The translations under genes were made by a program, and so were the position numbers. The notes below the pieces were generated by a model. The model was not told where the DNA came from and ran no database searches. It was given only the letters and a program-made list of their open reading frames with translations. Of a DNA stretch of 60,661 bases, positions 10,000 through 20,285 are shown in pieces. The DNA lies in the NCBI GenBank assembly GCA_023229985.1, contig JALNYF010000004.1, positions 1-60,661 on the forward strand, in the 5' to 3' direction. This stretch comes from Bacteroidales bacterium (GTDB lineage Bacteria; Bacteroidota; Bacteroidia; Bacteroidales; WCHB1-69). The number at the start of each line of letters is the position of its first letter. Positions within the stretch are counted from its first letter, which is position 1.

Positions 10000-10128
10000 A
10001 AAATCAAGTCATGATGATTGCCGCCTGCTCAACGAAGAGACTGACAGGTGCAACAAAAGCGGTCTAAAAGATGAATAGAACTATACTTTTTACAATGATT
10101 AAGCCGTACCGAATTAGGAAATCAGAAA

Positions 10129-13100
10129 TTACTGTGTCAGCATCAATCTCACTTTTATACCGGCATCAACATTCATATTATTATACTGTTGAGAAATATA
10201 GGGGCGATTAATGGTATGGTCATAATAGAGACTCAAGCCGACCATTTTACTGATTTGATAATCAGCTGCAAAATTGATCGTAATAGAGAGTGAGCCGGCA
10301 GAAATCTGGTTAATTTCCTCTGCAATTTTTCTCAAGATGGTTTGATTATCTTTCAATGCGAAGGCAAGGCTCAGGTTCAAGTCGCTGGTAATTTGGCGTT
10401 TCATACCGGAAAAGATGAATCCGATCGTAATGTCTTTGATACGATAACCGGCAGAAACTGCTAACTCGTTGGAAGTCATTTCCGTAATCTGATTATTGGA
10501 GAAGCTGAGTGATGTATTTCTATTTCGTTTATATTCCACTTTAATCATGACGCTATTTTTGAGAGTCATGTCAAACCCGATTAATGGGTTGAGTTGTTCA
10601 GAAATGGTAATCTGACCGATTTCACGTTTCGGAATGAAATTACCTAACAAGTCGCGGTCTTTGGAATTTCCGTTAGCATCTTCTTTATAAAGCAGATTCG
10701 TTGAATAATTTCCGACATTATAGGTGCATGTGTAAGAATGAACAAGTGATAAACTTTGGAAATACTTGCTAACCCCTTTAATTTTTGTAAATCCGGTATA
10801 GTTCAATCTCCAATTCGGAAGAGGAATCTTCGGGAATGGAGAGGAAACGTCCATTTTTGCACTATTTTTTCCACCGTAAGTGGATAAGAATGCGGCAGTT
10901 AGCACTTCTTGAGAGAGACCGTTATAGCCAACCGGATAGCCCGTCGTATCTATTACTCCGCCGGAATTGGGGTTCAGCGCGGAAATGCGGTTTGCCAATT
11001 CCAATCTTACGCTCTTGAAATCATTGAATAATTTATCTCCGTCCATAAAGAAAGAGCCCAAGCCGAATTGAGTAATCGAGAAGTTGCCCGTAGTCCTCGG
11101 ACTGTAGGAAGAAAAGACCCCTTGAGCGTTGGCGCGATAGTATTCCGTATAGTTAGATGATTCATTCCGGCTCGAGGTCACATCAATTCTAAATTCCTTA
11201 AACGGTTCAATGGTAGCGCGGAAATTGATGACGCGGTTATGGTTTTCTTGATATGGGAAGTTCATCAAAGTATCCGTTGATAACCATCCCTTTTCGGACG
11301 CTTGGTGGCGAATATCGGTTTGTCCACCGAAAGCAAATAAAAAGCCCGGCGACCCATTGACGAAATTAAGTCCCAATAAGTTAGGAGAATACATGTAGCC
11401 CGGCAGTGAAGTTCCATTACCTTCGCTGTAGCTCAACGAAACATTGCGGAGCAGCATCAAGAAACGGACACTCCCATCTAAGATAATCTTACCGTAATTC
11501 ACTTTAAGAGAATCTTTTCCGTCTTTCCCTTTCTTTTTTCCTTTACCTGATTCGTTTTCTTCCGGTTCATCAACACCATTTGATTTCTTTTTTTGAGAGA
11601 CTTGCTTCCCCTTGTTTGTATTACTTGACGTGCCTTGATTTACTTTTTTGAAATAAGGAACTTTATTATACAGATTGACGAAGTTCACATTGGTATTCAA
11701 CTGTATTGTATTAGAGTTAGCAATCGTATTTCCGAGATAAGCCAAAGAAAGAGAAGAAGCAGTGAAATTGTAGGTTGAACCATATCTTGCGGTTGCCGTA
11801 ATCCAGCTGAAGAGGGGTATCTTATTGATAGGAATTTGGTAAGAAGCGTCGAAGCGTTGTTGGAAAGTATTGACACGTCCGCCCTGACCAAAGCATTTCC
11901 AGATGGAATCGCGTTCGGTACGGGTATCAATTAAGCCTTGCGGTTCGTCAATACGCGCAGAAGCCAATGCAGTATATTCAAACTTCAGTCCTTGCGTCAA
12001 GTCCCATCTCAAAGCATAATTTCGAGACCAATCAAAGGACTTAACATAGCTGGTATCAATAATAACATTTCCTTTACTCTTCGGGCGATATTTGAACTCA
12101 TTAAATTCTCTTAAAACAGTGGTTCTAAAGGTAAATGTTTTAGGAAGCGGGTAGAAATTAAAGTCCCTAATTAATTGTAACCATTTCGATCTTAACCATT
12201 TTTGATTGGCTAACGGTCGAATGTTTTTCGGATTATAATTGAACGCATAGCCAATTTCGCCTTGATGTGAGAACTCGTTGTCAAATTCCACGTCCACGTT
12301 TCTGGATTTAATTTCGGAATAGGCGTATGAGAGGTCAAAGTTTTCAATGTCCCAGGGTCTGATTTTGATTGGACCATCAAAACTTCTTTCTTTGCGAACA
12401 TTCATCAAATTTACATTTTGTCTTTGTACAAAATCGGTGGTCATCTTACGAATGGAATCGCGTTCGTGACCGGTTTCGTATGTAGCTAAATCAGCTTTGA
12501 GTTTAACGTCGGGGTTCAGCGGATTATATTCCGGAACAGAAACATTTTGCGACAAATCGTAGTGAATCGGTATTTTGATATTCCATTTTTCGGGGAACAA
12601 AACTTTACCGGCTTCGATATTGGTCGCGAAATCAATGGTATAAAGGGTTTCGCTTTGGGTTTGGGTAACAGATTGGTCTAAACTCCCAAAACCGGGTGTT
12701 GAGTAAGTGCCGGACAAAGTAATATCGCCGATGTCGGCTAAATTCACACGCATTCTGCCCAATGCTGCCCAACCTTGTTTATCGTCAAAATCGCTCAATC
12801 GCAACTCATTCACCCATATTTCCGCCGATTTGCTGAGCATATCGTCGCCATCGTTCATGGATTGCTTTTTAGGATTTCTGACACCAATCATGATGGTAGC
12901 AACATCCGAAAGGTTCGGGGTACCCACAACGGTGATGGTGTATCCGTCGGCAGTTATTTTATAGGGTGTGGTCAAGCTCGGGTGGCTACCGCTCCGAACT
13001 TCAATGTTTCGCTGTTGTTTAACAGATACCAAAGAATCTAAGACAATATCCATACGGTTATTCACGGGCCAAATTGCGGTAGAATCTTTTCCACAATACC

Positions 13101-16100
13101 AAGGAGTTAATTCAATGGGAATTTCATATTCATAATAGTTGTCTGTAAAATCTGACCCTAAACGAACGAAAACGGTCATATCTCCTTTGTTGAAGTGGTC
13201 GGCGGCATTCACTTTTTCTGCGTGTACAAACATCTTAAGGTGCTTAAATTTGCGCAGATCGTATTTGGTATTTTTGTAAATGGCACGAGCATCACCATCA
13301 ACCAAATTCTGGACTTTCATCGTCAGTGCTTGTTCATTGACGTAATAAATATTGGTACTTCCAAAACCTTGTTCGCGTTCAATTCCGGGAGGAATGACAT
13401 AAGGAACGGGGGATCTGTTTCCGTTTTCTTCAAAACTCAAACTGGAAACGTTGAATGAAGTTTCTTCCCCACCCTGCGCCGGAAGATAATCGCCTTCTTC
13501 CATCAAATCCAAAGAATAACTGCGCCAATCACTTCTCACTAACTCGAAAGTAGCCAAACGACAAACAATCGGTTCCGAAAAATCTTTCATAAACAAACGC
13601 ATAAAACGAATGGAATTGAAACCGGAAATATTGCCCACTACTTTATTCGGAGACTTAATCGGTATTTTGAATTGATACCATTTTGTAACCGGTTTACTGC
13701 CATTGGGAAGCGGTTCCGGTGTTGCCTCGAACACATCATTGATATAATTCTCGCCGACAACCATTCTTTCCGGAGTTAAATGAACAACATATTGATAATA
13801 CTTTTCATCTTCACTCAATGTATTGTCATTGTTCACATCTTCCATATTAGGAATATTAGTACCGGAAGTGGGATAGTTTTCTTGACTTTGATTATCGGTG
13901 GGTGAATTTCCTTCAGGATTATTATAATATTTGTATCTGTCTAAAATTTTCACATTGCTATTATCATAATCAGTACCTCTAAAATAATGGAAATTATCGG
14001 AAGAAGGGTCACTTGCGGCTTGTTGATAAGCAAGAGAGTTCGTTCCATATTGCGCTGCGATGGCGTTGAGGTAATCGGCAAAAAAGTCCTGTTCACGTGA
14101 AGTAGGCAAACCATCAAATCCAACATCTTGATTTTCACGTGATTCCGTATTATTATCAAAAGCCGTAACAATCATTTGAATCGTAGGAACACGCCCCCAA
14201 ACGGTATATTCAACGTCTTGGTCACCGCCATCTACCGGCAAGCCGTTTTCAAAAAACTTTTTTCCATCCTTTAAGATATCTTCGGAAATATCGCCCAAAT
14301 TAAAATACAGGTCACCTCCAGTGTGATTAGGGTTATCTATGAATGGATCCATCATCCAAAATTCGATATATTCAAAATTGGCTGACTCGAAATCGGTATT
14401 ATCCATTTCCCGCATTATACCACCCCAGCGTGAACTCGGATTATTCAATTTCCCGTCACTGTTCATACCGGCAGAAAGGCCCTCTGTTCCATCAAAATCA
14501 AAGTTATAAGGTCCTTTTTCTTCAGGATAAAAAGCCAAGTTCAATACCGAAATATTGGTAGGTGTATTCGTTGCTGTTCCTTTATTGGGGAACAATTCGG
14601 TTTCATAAACTTCTCGGGCGTAAGTGGCAGATTGGTCATCATCCGTGATATTGGACGGAGTAGCACTATTATTACGGTAAAAAATAGGGTCAATAATATA
14701 CCAACATAACTTTGCGCGGTTGAAGCCATAAGCCAACTGTCGGCGGGGAGAATCGTTGGTGCTGGAAAAGGCTTCTGGAAAGAGTTGCATCTGCGATTGC
14801 GGAGTAGAAGCTAAAATCCACTTATTGATGGAACGAAGATCCACAGTCGATTTAGTAGCTTCAAAATCATCAATATAGGTAGTTCCGTCTTTCCCAATGG
14901 CGCGCGAGTGCCCGGGAATAAAATGAGCAAACTCACCCTCTAACTGCAAATTCGATTCTGCAGTCGTACTGTGAAATGTCAATAAATCAACAGCTTTTGT
15001 AATGAATGGTACTTTGGTTTTGTAATTGACGTTCATTCCCCAAATCGTATTATTGATAGGTTCATCGCCGTAATTTACTTTTTGAGTAATGGGACGTTCA
15101 TTCAAATTCAAAACAGTCGCTCCGACATTAAAATTGTCCGAAAATTTATAATCCAAATTCAAACCAAACATACGTTGGTCGTTCATTCCGAAAGAGGATT
15201 GATTCTCCAAAGAAATGTTAATGGGAGTCCCTGAGTTCAATACGCCCTGATTGATAATACTGACTGTTCCCATACTATAATTTACCGTATAGTCAATATT
15301 TTCTTTCAAGGTAATACCACCGGCAGTCACCTTAACAGAACCTTCCGGCACATTCATGGCATTTAGATAAATTTCAGAACCGTAACTGGATTTATAATTA
15401 CCTTCCAAGTAATACTTATTTTTGGACGTATATTGCTGGGCTAATGTTTTAGTGGTCGTGTACAAAGAATCGAAAGCGTATTTATCGCCGCTGGTTTGAT
15501 CGGTAAAAACTGACCGCAAATCCTTTCCAAATGGCTCAATAACAGGAAAATAAATCTTACCATTCGTCGAATTGACGGTACCGCCGCGGGTCGATGCGTT
15601 ATCTAAAAAGTCAAAAATCCCATCGGGTTGTGGATCCTGCTGTTTATTTAACCGGTCTAATCCCAATAATTTAATCAAAGGAATCCCTTTTTGCGCACCG
15701 GTATTGAAGAACCCGTTAGCGACTCCCTCTTCATCACCGGTATATAGAATATTGAGTACAAAATCTTCGCTGGCAACCTGATATGCTCCCAAGTTGTAAA
15801 CATTCTTCATCATTAAATTCCAAAGTGGTGATTTTGTATTCAGCGTTGTACTTTTTAAAAGTTTGGCTCTGATGCAATTAGGTGCACTCACCTCGTTAGA
15901 GAACTCACCTACCTGATACACTTTGTCATCACCAATGATGGTATATTGAAAAGCCACTGCCAACACTTGGTCGGCGGTCATTGCGGTATTCAAAGAGATA
16001 AAGCCGAGTTGGCTATTAAAGGTATATTCTGACGGAGAAAGCAGTCTGGCACTTTCCACTTTCTCATAATCTACACCGGAGGTAAGACCATGAACGCGTA

Positions 16101-17436
16101 AGTTGTTATTGACTCCGCCTAAATTACGATATTCGGCAGTATCGATGACTGAGGTCAGGTTATTGACTGAATCGCTTGGGTACTGCCCCCCCAGCCCTTG
16201 AAATCCGGAAAACTGTGGGTTCATTTCACCTAAATCAGTGAATGCCACAATATTACGGTTGTCGGTGGTAGCTGCACCAACAGTAGTGCGCCATACTTCT
16301 ATTTTAGTAATAACAATAGGTGAACTAACCAATGGCAAAGTAGATAAATACTGATTGTAATGATCCCGAAAGAACTGCCCAAGGAAATAGTGTCTATTCT
16401 CTTCGTATTCGTCTGCTTTGAAATAGAAATCGTTGGTTTGCGCTCCCCCACTAACTGTAATAGTTTGAGTTTCAGATTCTTGGTTTGAAGCTACAGCTGT
16501 CACCATTAATTTCCCAAATTTGAGTTGTGTTTTAACACCAAACAAACTTTGGCTACCGGTAATTAAGGTACTATTCAACGGAAGCGTAACATTACCAAAT
16601 TCAATAAGTTGCAGAATATCATCTTCTTTTCCCTCAAATTTCAGTTTCATTTCATTCTCGAAATCAAACATGGCTTTTGTGTTATAATTGAGGTTAAATT
16701 CGATTTTATCGCCAATTTTGGCTAAGACATTCATTTGAATATTTTCATCAAAATTGAATTGGGTAACTCTTCGTTGTTTAACGGGAAGTGACGGGTTATC
16801 GTTGCGGTTGTGGAGGACGCCAAAGATCAGTTCCACATTTCCGGAAGGGCGAATATCAATGGTATTGCTCCCGAAAATACTTTCAAAAACATCTCCGCCG
16901 ATATGGAGTTGCGGAATTAAGCCGCCCCCACGTCGTCCGTGAGCAGTATAACTTGCACCACGTTCGCGCCAATAATCATTCACCGATTGGCGCAAATCGT
17001 AATCGATATATTCATCAACTGACATAGAGGAAGAAGGACCGAATGGCACATTTCCGGTCATGTTTTGAAAATTGTAGGTATTTGTATTTGAATCATATAC
17101 AATGGTTGTACCTACATTTTGAGGATTATTTAAGTTGAAAGGACTATAAAATTGATTCTCATCTAACGGGTTGTTATCATAGTTGGGAATAGGAACATAC
17201 AGATCGTTACTATCGGGAGGATTAATGGGTTTTGGTGAAAATATGACCTCATCGGTTTCCGAATCAACAGCCGCCATAAGCTCCCCTACAGTGTCGTTAG
17301 CGGATTCCGCTTTGACAGGTTCGGTAACTTTATAAAAAAAATGCTGCGATGGAGGTAATGCCCAGATGAGTGAACATATAGCGAAAGCAGCAACGACGGT
17401 TATAATATATTTGTTAGCTTTATTCCCAGTTATCAC
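10129..17436 (-). CDS. sprA: T9SS translocon / cell-surface protein SprA (Sov)
   Basis: 2435-aa ORF with an N-terminal membrane anchor or signal sequence. It is beta-rich throughout, matches the size of SprA and sits directly downstream of ruvA, a common Bacteroidota arrangement. Confidence 0.85.
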   Translation of the reverse strand: MITGNKANKYIITVVAAFAICSLIWALPPSQHFFYKVTEPVKAESANDTVGELMAAVDSETDEVIFSPKPINPPDSNDLYVPIPNYDNNPLDENQFYSPFNLNNPQNVGTTIVYDSNTNTYNFQNMTGNVPFGPSSSMSVDEYIDYDLRQSVNDYWRERGASYTAHGRRGGGLIPQLHIGGDVFESIFGSNTIDIRPSGNVELIFGVLHNRNDNPSLPVKQRRVTQFNFDENIQMNVLAKIGDKIEFNLNYNTKAMFDFENEMKLKFEGKEDDILQLIEFGNVTLPLNSTLITGSQSLFGVKTQLKFGKLMVTAVASNQESETQTITVSGGAQTNDFYFKADEYEENRHYFLGQFFRDHYNQYLSTLPLVSSPIVITKIEVWRTTVGAATTDNRNIVAFTDLGEMNPQFSGFQGLGGQYPSDSVNNLTSVIDTAEYRNLGGVNNNLRVHGLTSGVDYEKVESARLLSPSEYTFNSQLGFISLNTAMTADQVLAVAFQYTIIGDDKVYQVGEFSNEVSAPNCIRAKLLKSTTLNTKSPLWNLMMKNVYNLGAYQVASEDFVLNILYTGDEEGVANGFFNTGAQKGIPLIKLLGLDRLNKQQDPQPDGIFDFLDNASTRGGTVNSTNGKIYFPVIEPFGKDLRSVFTDQTSGDKYAFDSLYTTTKTLAQQYTSKNKYYLEGNYKSSYGSEIYLNAMNVPEGSVKVTAGGITLKENIDYTVNYSMGTVSIINQGVLNSGTPINISLENQSSFGMNDQRMFGLNLDYKFSDNFNVGATVLNLNERPITQKVNYGDEPINNTIWGMNVNYKTKVPFITKAVDLLTFHSTTAESNLQLEGEFAHFIPGHSRAIGKDGTTYIDDFEATKSTVDLRSINKWILASTPQSQMQLFPEAFSSTNDSPRRQLAYGFNRAKLCWYIIDPIFYRNNSATPSNITDDDQSATYAREVYETELFPNKGTATNTPTNISVLNLAFYPEEKGPYNFDFDGTEGLSAGMNSDGKLNNPSSRWGGIMREMDNTDFESANFEYIEFWMMDPFIDNPNHTGGDLYFNLGDISEDILKDGKKFFENGLPVDGGDQDVEYTVWGRVPTIQMIVTAFDNNTESRENQDVGFDGLPTSREQDFFADYLNAIAAQYGTNSLAYQQAASDPSSDNFHYFRGTDYDNSNVKILDRYKYYNNPEGNSPTDNQSQENYPTSGTNIPNMEDVNNDNTLSEDEKYYQYVVHLTPERMVVGENYINDVFEATPEPLPNGSKPVTKWYQFKIPIKSPNKVVGNISGFNSIRFMRLFMKDFSEPIVCRLATFELVRSDWRSYSLDLMEEGDYLPAQGGEETSFNVSSLSFEENGNRSPVPYVIPPGIEREQGFGSTNIYYVNEQALTMKVQNLVDGDARAIYKNTKYDLRKFKHLKMFVHAEKVNAADHFNKGDMTVFVRLGSDFTDNYYEYEIPIELTPWYCGKDSTAIWPVNNRMDIVLDSLVSVKQQRNIEVRSGSHPSLTTPYKITADGYTITVVGTPNLSDVATIMIGVRNPKKQSMNDGDDMLSKSAEIWVNELRLSDFDDKQGWAALGRMRVNLADIGDITLSGTYSTPGFGSLDQSVTQTQSETLYTIDFATNIEAGKVLFPEKWNIKIPIHYDLSQNVSVPEYNPLNPDVKLKADLATYETGHERDSIRKMTTDFVQRQNVNLMNVRKERSFDGPIKIRPWDIENFDLSYAYSEIKSRNVDVEFDNEFSHQGEIGYAFNYNPKNIRPLANQKWLRSKWLQLIRDFNFYPLPKTFTFRTTVLREFNEFKYRPKSKGNVIIDTSYVKSFDWSRNYALRWDLTQGLKFEYTALASARIDEPQGLIDTRTERDSIWKCFGQGGRVNTFQQRFDASYQIPINKIPLFSWITATARYGSTYNFTASSLSLAYLGNTIANSNTIQLNTNVNFVNLYNKVPYFKKVNQGTSSNTNKGKQVSQKKKSNGVDEPEENESGKGKKKGKDGKDSLKVNYGKIILDGSVRFLMLLRNVSLSYSEGNGTSLPGYMYSPNLLGLNFVNGSPGFLFAFGGQTDIRHQASEKGWLSTDTLMNFPYQENHNRVINFRATIEPFKEFRIDVTSSRNESSNYTEYYRANAQGVFSSYSPRTTGNFSITQFGLGSFFMDGDKLFNDFKSVRLELANRISALNPNSGGVIDTTGYPVGYNGLSQEVLTAAFLSTYGGKNSAKMDVSSPFPKIPLPNWRLNYTGFTKIKGVSKYFQSLSLVHSYTCTYNVGNYSTNLLYKEDANGNSKDRDLLGNFIPKREIGQITISEQLNPLIGFDMTLKNSVMIKVEYKRNRNTSLSFSNNQITEMTSNELAVSAGYRIKDITIGFIFSGMKRQITSDLNLSLAFALKDNQTILRKIAEEINQISAGSLSITINFAADYQISKMVGLSLYYDHTINRPYISQQYNNMNVDAGIKVRLMLTQ

Positions 17437-17457
17437 GTTTCAATTGTCTGTTAGTTT

Positions 17458-18048
17458 TTACAATAGTTTCAATGCTCTTTTGATTAAATCTTCAACGTTC
17501 ATAGAAGAATTTTCCTCTTTTAATATCTTATCTATCACTTTCTCCGCGGCATTTTTTTGGAATCCCAGCGAAACTAATGCAGATAACGATTCTATTTTAT
17601 TATTATTGTAAGAAATTGAAATTTTATCTTTGATTTGTATTGGAGCTTTGGCAATTTTGTCTTTTAATTCAATGATGACGCGTTGCGCTGTCTTGGCACC
17701 CACTCCTTTCACGGATTGAATCAATTGACTGTTTTCGGAACTGATGGCTTGAATGGTATCATTTACCGTCAGGGAAGAGAGAATAAGAGACGCGGTATTG
17801 GGACCGATTCCGCTTACCGAAATAAGCAGTCGGAACAAAGTACGTTCATCTTCGGTAACGAAGCCGTACAACAACTGTGCATCTTCTTTAATGACATAAT
17901 GAGTAAAAAGTTTGATGTCGGTTTCATTTTTTATCTGAGAGAAAGTATTGAGGGAAATGTGCACCAGATATCCGATACCGCCGGCAGTTTCAATTACAAC
18001 GAAAGCCGGATTTTTCTCTACCAGAACTCCTTTGATGTGTGTTATCAT
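17458..18048 (-). CDS. ruvA: Holliday junction branch migration complex subunit RuvA
   Basis: MITHIKGVLVEK...GIGYLVHISLNT...LLYGF...ERTLFRLLISVSGIGPNTA...VKGVGAKTAQRVIIELKDK, at canonical RuvA length. Confidence 0.95.
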   Translation of the reverse strand: MITHIKGVLVEKNPAFVVIETAGGIGYLVHISLNTFSQIKNETDIKLFTHYVIKEDAQLLYGFVTEDERTLFRLLISVSGIGPNTASLILSSLTVNDTIQAISSENSQLIQSVKGVGAKTAQRVIIELKDKIAKAPIQIKDKISISYNNNKIESLSALVSLGFQKNAAEKVIDKILKEENSSMNVEDLIKRALKLL

Positions 18049-18074
18049 TTTATTTGCTTATGTTAATTGGGCTG

Positions 18075-18082
18075 CAAAAATA
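18075..18082 (-). promoter_or_regulatory. candidate -7 promoter box (TATTTTTG on the minus strand) for ruvA-sprA
   Basis: TAnnTTTG consensus 27 nt upstream of the ruvA ATG. It lies inside a 14-nt motif, agtgtatttttgca, shared with the tRNA and eno promoters. Confidence 0.5.
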
Positions 18083-18163
18083 CACTAATTTTTGATTTCT
18101 TTTGCGATTTAAAAACCGAAAAATTTTCTTTTCAAAAAAGAAATGGCACAATAAAAAAAAATG

Positions 18164-18171
18164 TATATTTG
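18164..18171 (+). promoter_or_regulatory. candidate -7 promoter box (TATATTTG) for nfeD-floA
   Basis: TAnnTTTG consensus 15 nt upstream of the ATG at 18186. It lies inside the long ORF-track extension, which argues for the shorter start. Confidence 0.45.
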
Positions 18172-18185
18172 CCGAAATTTTTTTT

Positions 18186-18650
18186 ATGAATTGGGCAGTT
18201 GTTATTTCACTCATTGTTTTCGGATTAATTGCACTTATTTTAGAAATTTTAGTCATTCCGGGTGGAGTTGTCGGCATATTGGGACTTCTTTCGATTACCG
18301 CCGGCATCATTATATCTTATGTAACGTACGGAACAACCGCCGGCAATATTACCTTGGCGATTACACTTGTCGTCATCATTGTCTCATCGGTTGCAGCACT
18401 GCGGAGCAAGACATGGCGAAAGCTAATGCTCGACACAAAATTGGAGAGTAAGATGAATGATTTTGACGAACAGCGTATCAAAGTGGGAGCCGTCGGCACC
18501 ACACTTTCACGTTTAGCACCTTCCGGAAAAGCGATTTTTGATGGAGAAATAGTCGAAGTCACATCATCCCAAACCTTTATTAATGAAAATGAAGAAATAT
18601 TAATTATCAAAATAGACGGAAATAAAATTATAGTAAAAACAAAAAATTAA
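18186..18650 (+). CDS. NfeD family membrane protein (short form, partner of the SPFH/flotillin protein)
   Basis: Two or three N-terminal TM helices (MNWAVVISLIVFGLIALILEILVIPGG...) followed by a C-terminal OB-like soluble domain. It lies immediately upstream of floA. The start is moved from 18102 to the ATG at 18186 because of the promoter box and the lysine-rich junk N-terminus of the longer ORF. Confidence 0.75.
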   Translation: MNWAVVISLIVFGLIALILEILVIPGGVVGILGLLSITAGIIISYVTYGTTAGNITLAITLVVIIVSSVAALRSKTWRKLMLDTKLESKMNDFDEQRIKVGAVGTTLSRLAPSGKAIFDGEIVEVTSSQTFINENEEILIIKIDGNKIIVKTKN

Positions 18651-18656
18651 ATCATT

Positions 18657-19649
18657 ATGGAACCCATTACAATTATTACCTTTGTAGGCTGTGTCTTACT
18701 TTTCATTCTTCTTTTATGGATGGTTCCGGTCGGGCTGTGGTTTACCGCATTAGTATCCGGAGTTCATGTTTCATTGCTTCAGCTCATACTCATGAGATGG
18801 AGAAAAGTACCGCCCGGTGTTATCGTCAACGCCATGATTACCGGTTCAAAAGCAGGAATTAAACTCAATCGTGATGAGTTGGAAGCACACTATTTGGCAG
18901 GGGGGCATGTCATACCTGTTGTCAATGCGTTAATATCGGCAGATAAAGCCAACATTTCCTTGGATTTCAAATCCGCTACTGCGATTGATTTAGCCGGTCG
19001 TAATGTGTTGGAAGCCATTCAAACATCTGTCAATCCGAAAGTTATCAATACCCCACCGGTAGCAGCTGTTGCCAAAGACGGGATACAACTTATTGCCAAG
19101 GCGCGGGTTACGGTTCGTACGAACATTCGCCAATTGGTGGGCGGTGCCGGCGAAGAAACCATCATTGCCCGTGTTGGCGAAGGAATTGTTACAGCTATCG
19201 GCTCAGCAACTTCCTATAAGACCGTGCTCGAAAACCCCGATTCAATTTCAAAAGTAGTGCTTACCAAGGGTTTAGATTCCGGTACCGCTTTTGAAATATT
19301 ATCCATCGACATCGCCGACATTGACGTTGGTAAAAATATCGGTGCCATGCTGCAAATCGACCAAGCCAACGCAGATAAGAATATTGCACAGGCAAAAGCC
19401 GAAGAACGCCGCGTGATGGCTGTCGCCTCCGAACAAGAAATGAAAGCAAAAGCCCAAGAAGCCAGAGCTAAAGTTATTCTTGCAGAATCCGAAGTACCCC
19501 TCGCCTTGGCAGAAGCATTCCGCAATGGCTCTTTCGGCGTACTCGACTATTACAAATTGGAGAACTTAAAAGCCGATACCCTAATGCGCGATACTATCAG
19601 CAAAAGCGGACAACAATCGACTCCTAAAAAAAATTCACCTGAAAAATAG
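18657..19649 (+). CDS. floA: flotillin-like protein FloA (SPFH domain, UPF0365 family)
   Basis: An N-terminal TM segment is followed by [19 protein letters not shown]...LEAHYLAGG...[10 protein letters not shown] and a C-terminal Ala/Glu-rich coiled coil, which is typical of FloA/YqfA. Confidence 0.85.
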   Translation: MEPITIITFVGCVLLFILLLWMVPVGLWFTALVSGVHVSLLQLILMRWRKVPPGVIVNAMITGSKAGIKLNRDELEAHYLAGGHVIPVVNALISADKANISLDFKSATAIDLAGRNVLEAIQTSVNPKVINTPPVAAVAKDGIQLIAKARVTVRTNIRQLVGGAGEETIIARVGEGIVTAIGSATSYKTVLENPDSISKVVLTKGLDSGTAFEILSIDIADIDVGKNIGAMLQIDQANADKNIAQAKAEERRVMAVASEQEMKAKAQEARAKVILAESEVPLALAEAFRNGSFGVLDYYKLENLKADTLMRDTISKSGQQSTPKKNSPEK

Positions 19650-19658
19650 TTTTTGATA

Positions 19659-20279
19659 ATGAGAAATCTTATTTCATTTATTACAATATTTATGATGGGA
19701 TTCAACTTACTCTCCGCACAAGATATTTCCTTGCCCACTCCCCAAAAAAGCGGAGGATTACCTCTCATGGACGCCCTGAATCATCGCCACTCCAGCCGCG
19801 AGTTCTCAGATAAAATGCTGTCACAACAACAATTGGCTGACCTGCTCTGGGCAGCCAATGGCGTGAATCGCCCCGACGGAAAACGAACCGCTCCCTCAGC
19901 CCGCAACCTCCAAGAAATTGACATCTACGTTTATCTGAGTACAGGCGTTTATTTCTATGATGCCATCGAAAACAAACTTGTATTAAAAGCGTCCGAAGAC
20001 CATCGTGAAGATGCTGCCATGCAATCTTTTGCTACTACCGCACCCGTCTTGCTTGTCTTTGTTGCCAATTATGACAAAATGGAGGGAATGGATGAGGATG
20101 CCCGTCTGATGTACGGCGCAACTGATTGCGGATACGTCAGCCAAAATGTATATCTGTTCTGCGCTGCTAATGAACTCAATACCGTCGTTTTAGGTAGTAT
20201 TTACCGTGATAAAATTCAAGAATTACTTCAGTTTAACGGGAAAGCCATCTTAGCACAACCAGTAGGCCTTTCAAAATAA
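19659..20279 (+). CDS. nitroreductase-family (SagB/ThcOx-like) protein with an N-terminal signal peptide
   Basis: MRNLISFITIFMMGFNLLSAQ is followed by LMDALNHRHSSREF...LLWAANGVNRPDGKRTAPSARN...DIYV. The ORF-track start at 19653 is a TTG; the ATG is at 19659. Confidence 0.7.
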   Translation: MRNLISFITIFMMGFNLLSAQDISLPTPQKSGGLPLMDALNHRHSSREFSDKMLSQQQLADLLWAANGVNRPDGKRTAPSARNLQEIDIYVYLSTGVYFYDAIENKLVLKASEDHREDAAMQSFATTAPVLLVFVANYDKMEGMDEDARLMYGATDCGYVSQNVYLFCAANELNTVVLGSIYRDKIQELLQFNGKAILAQPVGLSK

Positions 20280-20285
20280 AATACC

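Noticed and set aside
18050-18310. The long N-terminal extension of the nfeD ORF (start 18102) and the antisense 86-aa ORF at 18050-18310.
   Set aside because: The extension is Lys-rich junk overlapping the divergent promoter region and contains a TAnnTTTG box. The antisense ORF overlaps the real NfeD TM region.
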